From a virus, in UHGV virus genome UHGV-0130646: a stretch of 18,996 nucleotides of DNA; one strand, written 5' to 3'. A program made the position numbers and the translations under genes. The notes beneath the pieces were generated by a model that saw only the letters and a list, made by a program, of their open reading frames with translations, was not told the origin of the DNA and did not search any database. Positions 16,862-18,996 of the stretch are shown piece after piece (position 1 is the first letter of the stretch; each line of letters begins with the position of its first letter).

Positions 16862-17287
16862 ATGAAGAAATTATCCCTTTCACTGATGCTGAACGTGTCG
16901 CTGGCGCTGATGCTGGCACTGTCCCTGATTTACCCGCAGAGCGTGGCCGTCAATTTTGTCGCCGCCTGGGCGATTCTGGCGACGGTTATCTGTGTGGTTG
17001 CCGGTGGTGTCGGCGTGTATGCCACTGAGTATGTGCTGGAACGCTACGGGCGGGAGCTTCCGCCGGAATCGCTGGCCGTGAAGATTGTCACGTCGCTGTT
17101 TTTGCAGCCGGTGCCGTGGCGCAGACGGGCAGTAGCTCTGGTGGTGATGGTGGCGACATTTATCTCGCTGGTCGCTGCCGGGTGGATTTTTACCGCGCTG
17201 ATTTATCTCGTGGCATCGGTGTTCTTCCGGCTGATACGTACGGCCTGCCGTCAGCGTTTTGAGGGGCGGGAACCATGTCAAGGCTGA
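16862..17287 (+). CDS. lysA: Lysis timing membrane protein LysA
   Basis: 141 aa, strongly hydrophobic with several predicted TM segments; position matches P2 lysA. Confidence 0.8.
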   Translation: MKKLSLSLMLNVSLALMLALSLIYPQSVAVNFVAAWAILATVICVVAGGVGVYATEYVLERYGRELPPESLAVKIVTSLFLQPVPWRRRAVALVVMVATFISLVAAGWIFTALIYLVASVFFRLIRTACRQRFEGREPCQG

Positions 17288-17700
17288 TGATTGTGCTGGT
17301 CGTGTTGTTATCGCTGGCGGTGGCGGGTCTGTTTCTGGCGAAGCATAAAAACGCCAGCCTGCGCACCTCACTGGACAGGGCAAACAACGTAGCCAGCGAG
17401 CAACAGGCGACCATCACCATGCTGAAAAATCAGCTTCATGTTGCGCTCACCAGGGCAGACAAAAACGAGCTGGCGCAGGTGGCACTGCGTCAGGAACTGG
17501 AAAACGCCGCGAAGCGTGAAGCTCAGCGCGAGAAAACCATCACGAGATTACTCAATGAAAACGAAGATTTCCGCCGCTGGTATGGCGCTGACCTGCCTGA
17601 TGCTGTGCGCCGGTTGCACCAGCGCCCCGCCTGCACCGACGCCAGTGATTGTCCACAACGCCTGCCCGAAAGTGAGCCTTTGCCCGATGCCGGGCAGTGA
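17275..17700 (+). CDS. lysB: Rz-like inner-membrane spanin LysB
   Basis: 141 aa with an N-terminal TM anchor and a coiled-coil periplasmic domain; overlaps the lysA end. Confidence 0.8.
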   Translation: MSRLMIVLVVLLSLAVAGLFLAKHKNASLRTSLDRANNVASEQQATITMLKNQLHVALTRADKNELAQVALRQELENAAKREAQREKTITRLLNENEDFRRWYGADLPDAVRRLHQRPACTDASDCPQRLPESEPLPDAGQ

Positions 17701-17845
17701 CCCGCAGACGAACGGCGATTTAAGTGCCGATATCCGGCAGCTTGAGAACGCGCTGGCACACTGTGCCAGCCAGATAAAAATGATTAAACACTGTCAGGAC
17801 GAAAACGATGCTCAAACCCGACAGCCTGCGCAGGGCGCTGACTGA
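17555..17845 (+). CDS. lysC: Rz1-like outer-membrane lipoprotein spanin LysC, starting inside lysB in another frame
   Basis: 96 aa from the internal ATG at 17555; signal peptide with lipobox LCAGC and a proline-rich mature region. Embedded out of frame in the 3' part of lysB. Confidence 0.75.
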   Translation: MKTKISAAGMALTCLMLCAGCTSAPPAPTPVIVHNACPKVSLCPMPGSDPQTNGDLSADIRQLENALAHCASQIKMIKHCQDENDAQTRQPAQGAD

Positions 17846-18275
17846 TGCCGTCACGGTGCTGAAAACCAGTCCCGAGATGTTGCGGATATTCGTGGATAAC
17901 GGAAGTATTGCCTCCACACTGGCGACGTCGCTGTCATTCGAAAAGCGTTACACGCTCAATGTGATTGTGACCGACTTTACCGGTGATTTTGACCTGCTCA
18001 TTGTGCCGGTGCTGGCGTGGCTGCGGGAAAATCAGCCCGACATCATGACCACCGACGAAGGCCAGAAAAAAGGCTTCACGTTTTATGCAGACATCAACAA
18101 TGACAGCAGCTTTGATATCAGTATCAGCCTGATGCTGACCGAACGCACGCTGGTCAGTGAGGTGGGCGGCGCGCTGCATGTGAAGAATATCCCGGAACCC
18201 CCGCCGCCGGAGCCGGTCACCCGCCCGATGGAGCTTTATATCAATGGCGAACTGGTGAGTAAGTGGGATGAATGA
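17808..18275 (+). CDS. R: Tail completion protein (P2 gpR type)
   Basis: 155 aa, same length and position as P2 R. Confidence 0.85.
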   Translation: MLKPDSLRRALTDAVTVLKTSPEMLRIFVDNGSIASTLATSLSFEKRYTLNVIVTDFTGDFDLLIVPVLAWLRENQPDIMTTDEGQKKGFTFYADINNDSSFDISISLMLTERTLVSEVGGALHVKNIPEPPPPEPVTRPMELYINGELVSKWDE

Positions 18276-18720
18276 GTTTAAGCGTTTTGAAGACCGGCTG
18301 ACCGGGCTGATTGAATCGCTGTCACCGTCAGGGCGTCGGCGACTGAGCGCCGAACTGGCGAAACGTCTGCGTCAGAGTCAGCAGCGTCGGGTGATGGCAC
18401 AGAAAGCCCCGGACGGCACCCCCTACGCGCCACGTCAGCAGCAGAGCGCCAGAAAAAAGACCGGTCGCGTTAAGCGAAAAATGTTTGCGAAACTTATTAC
18501 CAGTCGTTTTTTGCATATCCGCGCCAGCCCGGAACAGGCATCAATGGAATTTTACGGCGGGAAGTCGCCGAAAATCACCAGTGTGCATCAGTTCGGTCTG
18601 TCGGAAGAAACCCGGAAAGACGGTAAGAAAATTGATTATCCGGCGCGTCCTCTGCTCGGCTTTACCGGTGAGGATGTGCAGATGATTGAAGAGATTATCC
18701 TGGCTCACCTTGAGCGTTAG
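18268..18720 (+). CDS. S: Tail completion protein (P2 gpS type)
   Basis: 150 aa, overlaps the R stop; same length and position as P2 S. Confidence 0.85.
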   Translation: MNEFKRFEDRLTGLIESLSPSGRRRLSAELAKRLRQSQQRRVMAQKAPDGTPYAPRQQQSARKKTGRVKRKMFAKLITSRFLHIRASPEQASMEFYGGKSPKITSVHQFGLSEETRKDGKKIDYPARPLLGFTGEDVQMIEEIILAHLER

Positions 18721-18754
18721 TTTTATCCAGGCAGAGGCTGATGCGCAATTAAAC

Positions 18755-18783
18755 ATTGAGCGGCCATGCTGGTCGCTCAATGT
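18755..18783. terminator. 9-bp perfect hairpin between S and a convergent minus-strand ORF; probable bidirectional terminator
   Basis: CATTGAGCG (18755-18763), 11-nt loop, CGCTCAATG (18775-18783), flanked by T-rich sequence on both strands. Confidence 0.5.
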
Positions 18784-18791
18784 TTAGAGGC

Positions 18792-18996
18792 TTATGAGTG
18801 ATTTTTATTTGATGCTTTGTATTCTACAACCTTCTTATTGGCGTAAAGGAATTTTGTATATGACAGAAATATAACCAGGCCTGAAATGAAATAGATGAGG
18901 GATATTATTAATAATGCTTTTTTTTGGCTGTTATTATCTTTAATTTCCTGACTTAACCATTCCGAGTCCTCCTCGTTTAGCCGTAAGAGCTTATTG
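18792..18996 (-). CDS. Hypothetical small membrane protein, 5'-truncated at the window edge; AT-rich ORF at the S-V variable position
   Basis: Minus-strand frame is open from the window edge to the stop at 18792-18794 (67 codons in window: ...SQKKALLIISLIYFISGLVIFLSYTKFLYANKK...), with one predicted TM helix. Not in the ORF track because no start codon lies within the window. Confidence 0.45.
   Translation of the reverse strand, partial: NKLLRLNEEDSEWLSQEIKDNNSQKKALLIISLIYFISGLVIFLSYTKFLYANKKVVEYKASNKNHS

Larger units (their letters stand above)
1..18996. mobile_element. Composite phage region: P4-type satellite module (1-9352) and P2-type late-gene module (9372-18996) joined at one cos site
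   Basis: Gene order and protein lengths on each side match P4 and P2 respectively; the 19-nt cos sequence sits between psu and Q. Based on recall of the two genomes, not on alignment. Confidence 0.8.

Overview
The window is entirely phage-derived and splits into two modules joined at one intact cos site (9353-9371). Left of cos (1-9352) is a near-complete P4-type satellite: IntA/P4-family integrase, an attP-like site, the crr iteron repeats, alpha primase-helicase, orf106- and orf151-like genes, a Vis/AlpA regulator, ori1-like iterons, and sid, delta and psu. Right of cos (9372-18996) is a P2-type late region whose gene order and protein lengths match P2 Q, P, O, N, M, L, X, Y, K, lysA, lysB, lysC, R and S. 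All identifications rest on reading the translations and motifs against remembered P2/P4 biology; no alignment was run. Almost everything is well-characterised biology, so I do not see a complete undescribed system inside the window. The points worth follow-up are the satellite-helper junction across cos, the unintegrated (attP) topology, and two AT-rich partial ORFs that run off the window edges at positions where such elements usually carry variable cargo.
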